The notes below the pieces were generated by a model, which was not told the origin of the DNA, did no database searches, and saw only the letters and a list, made by a program, of their open reading frames with translations. DNA of 64,000 bases, taken from positions 23,064,001-23,128,000 of the forward strand of contig NC_135667.1 of the NCBI RefSeq assembly GCF_964188315.1. Direction: 5' to 3'. Both the position numbers and the translations under genes were made by a program. This DNA comes from Podarcis muralis. Its lineage: Eukaryota. Shown here piece after piece: positions 62,516 through 64,000 of the stretch. Each line of letters begins with the position of its first letter. Position 1 is the stretch's first letter.

Positions 62516-63881
62516 ATGGTATCCTATTTTGGGAGGCAAAATTTTCTCACCAGGTTCATGCTAGTGGTTGTGTTGCTGCTTGTACTGTTGTGTCAAACTG
62601 CATCCAAAACACATTCCATTAACTGCAGCATATATGATGATCCTCTCCCTATTCCTCATAACTTTTTTAAGCCAGGTGATATAATCATTGGGGAGATTGT
62701 TTCCCAGGTGTTCTTAAACTACGATAACCTCTCTTTCACGGAACAGCCTATGCAGACATTGATTGCTGAACCTATGTAAGTCATAATTTCTTTACTCTCT
62801 CTCATTCTATGTTCAGGCCACACTAACTGAGAACATATCTATAATGCAATGCTGTGCTGTAAGAATTTGTTAACTTTATACCATGAGAAAAGGGGAACCT
62901 GTAAACTTCCAACTGTAAATCATGGGATGAGGTGGGGAGTAGAAAGTAATTTGAGAATTTGGCCTATAGCCACCATACAAATAATCAATTATAAGCACTT
63001 GGGAAGAAATGTTGCAAATATTTCGGGGGCAGTGGCAATCACCCTCTTTGTCCCCAAATTTAGCAAACAAACTAGATTTGGTTTGGAACAATGTGGAGGG
63101 AGCCTGATTTATCTTGGATATCTCTTGAATCTATATTAATGATCTGGCCTCATATCCAGGCTTCATTCAAATGCAACACATACCTCAAATCTACATACAT
63201 TAAGTTAGACTCCCTGAACTAATTAAGCCCCAGTTAGTCATGTCCATTAATTTCAAATGATCCTACTATGGCTGATTTTGTATGGAATCAGCATGAAGAT
63301 AAGCACATATAGAGAGACACTTTGGATTGTTGTGGTTGCCAGTGAGGGCAATGTCGAGAATAGGTTTGTGGAACAATATATTAACATCCAGAATGATCTC
63401 AACGCATTTAAAGAACGTGGCTATTCAGGGGGAATATGTCTACTTCAGATGTCATTTATTTTTTAAAAAATCTATTGTCTTCTATGGTCCCATGTTTTGC
63501 CTCAGCCTTGCAAGGATTCAGAAGATGATGAAGATCCTTGTTGTCATTGCTGTGGTCATTTTATTAAAAAGCTATAATCCTTATTACAGTTCAGTGCCTA
63601 AGAACTACCAGCATATTCTGGCTTTAGCATTTGCTGTCAAAGAAATCAATGAGAATCCCACAATCTTGCCAAACATCTCTCTTGGCTTTCACATCCTCAA
63701 TAGTTACTTCAATGCAAAGATGACTTACAAGGCCACTCTGAGCCTCCTTTCCACACAACAAAGATTTGTCCCCAACTTCAGCTGTCACAACCAAAACGAT
63801 ATGATAGCACTCATTGGAGAATGTTTCTCTGAGATCTCTGCTAACATTGCAGTGATTTTGGCAAGCAAGAAGACTCCTCAG
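62516..63881 (+). CDS. Vmn2r: V2R gene G, 5' partial (exon 1 62516-62775, exon 2 63590-63881); continues beyond the window
   Basis: Signal peptide, [23 protein letters not shown]; exon 2 [24 protein letters not shown] is open when translated by hand. Confidence 0.9.
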
Positions 63882-64000
63882 GTATGTTTAGTGCATGAAG
63901 GCATGGAGATTTCACAATACCCTCCTGATTTCAGGAACACATTACGTAAAGTTTCTTTTGATGATTTGGTGAGAAAATTGGTTAAATACTTGATGGCGAT

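Overview
Eukaryotic genomic DNA from a squamate reptile. A lacertid lizard is likely, inferred from the SINE and MITE families as I recall them. The window is a tandem array of vomeronasal type-2 receptor (V2R, class C GPCR) genes, all on the + strand and all with the canonical 6-exon layout. It holds a 3' partial gene (A), five complete genes (B-F) and a 5' partial gene (G). Gene C has one in-frame nonsense codon. Gene D appears to be a chimera with E-type ligand-binding exons and a C-type 7TM exon, joined inside exon 5. Introns and spacers are dense with transposable elements: a nearly intact 4.1-kb L2-clade LINE with a tandem-monomer 5' end, CR1 and L1 fragments, solo LTRs, SINEs and MITEs. 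The most notable observations are the chimera, exon-restricted homogenisation between paralogues, a conserved upstream module in front of genes B-G, insertions that remodel splice acceptors in B and F, and a non-canonical ligand-pocket signature. There is one 443-bp assembly gap. All coordinates and comparisons were made by eye from the sequence; no searches were run.
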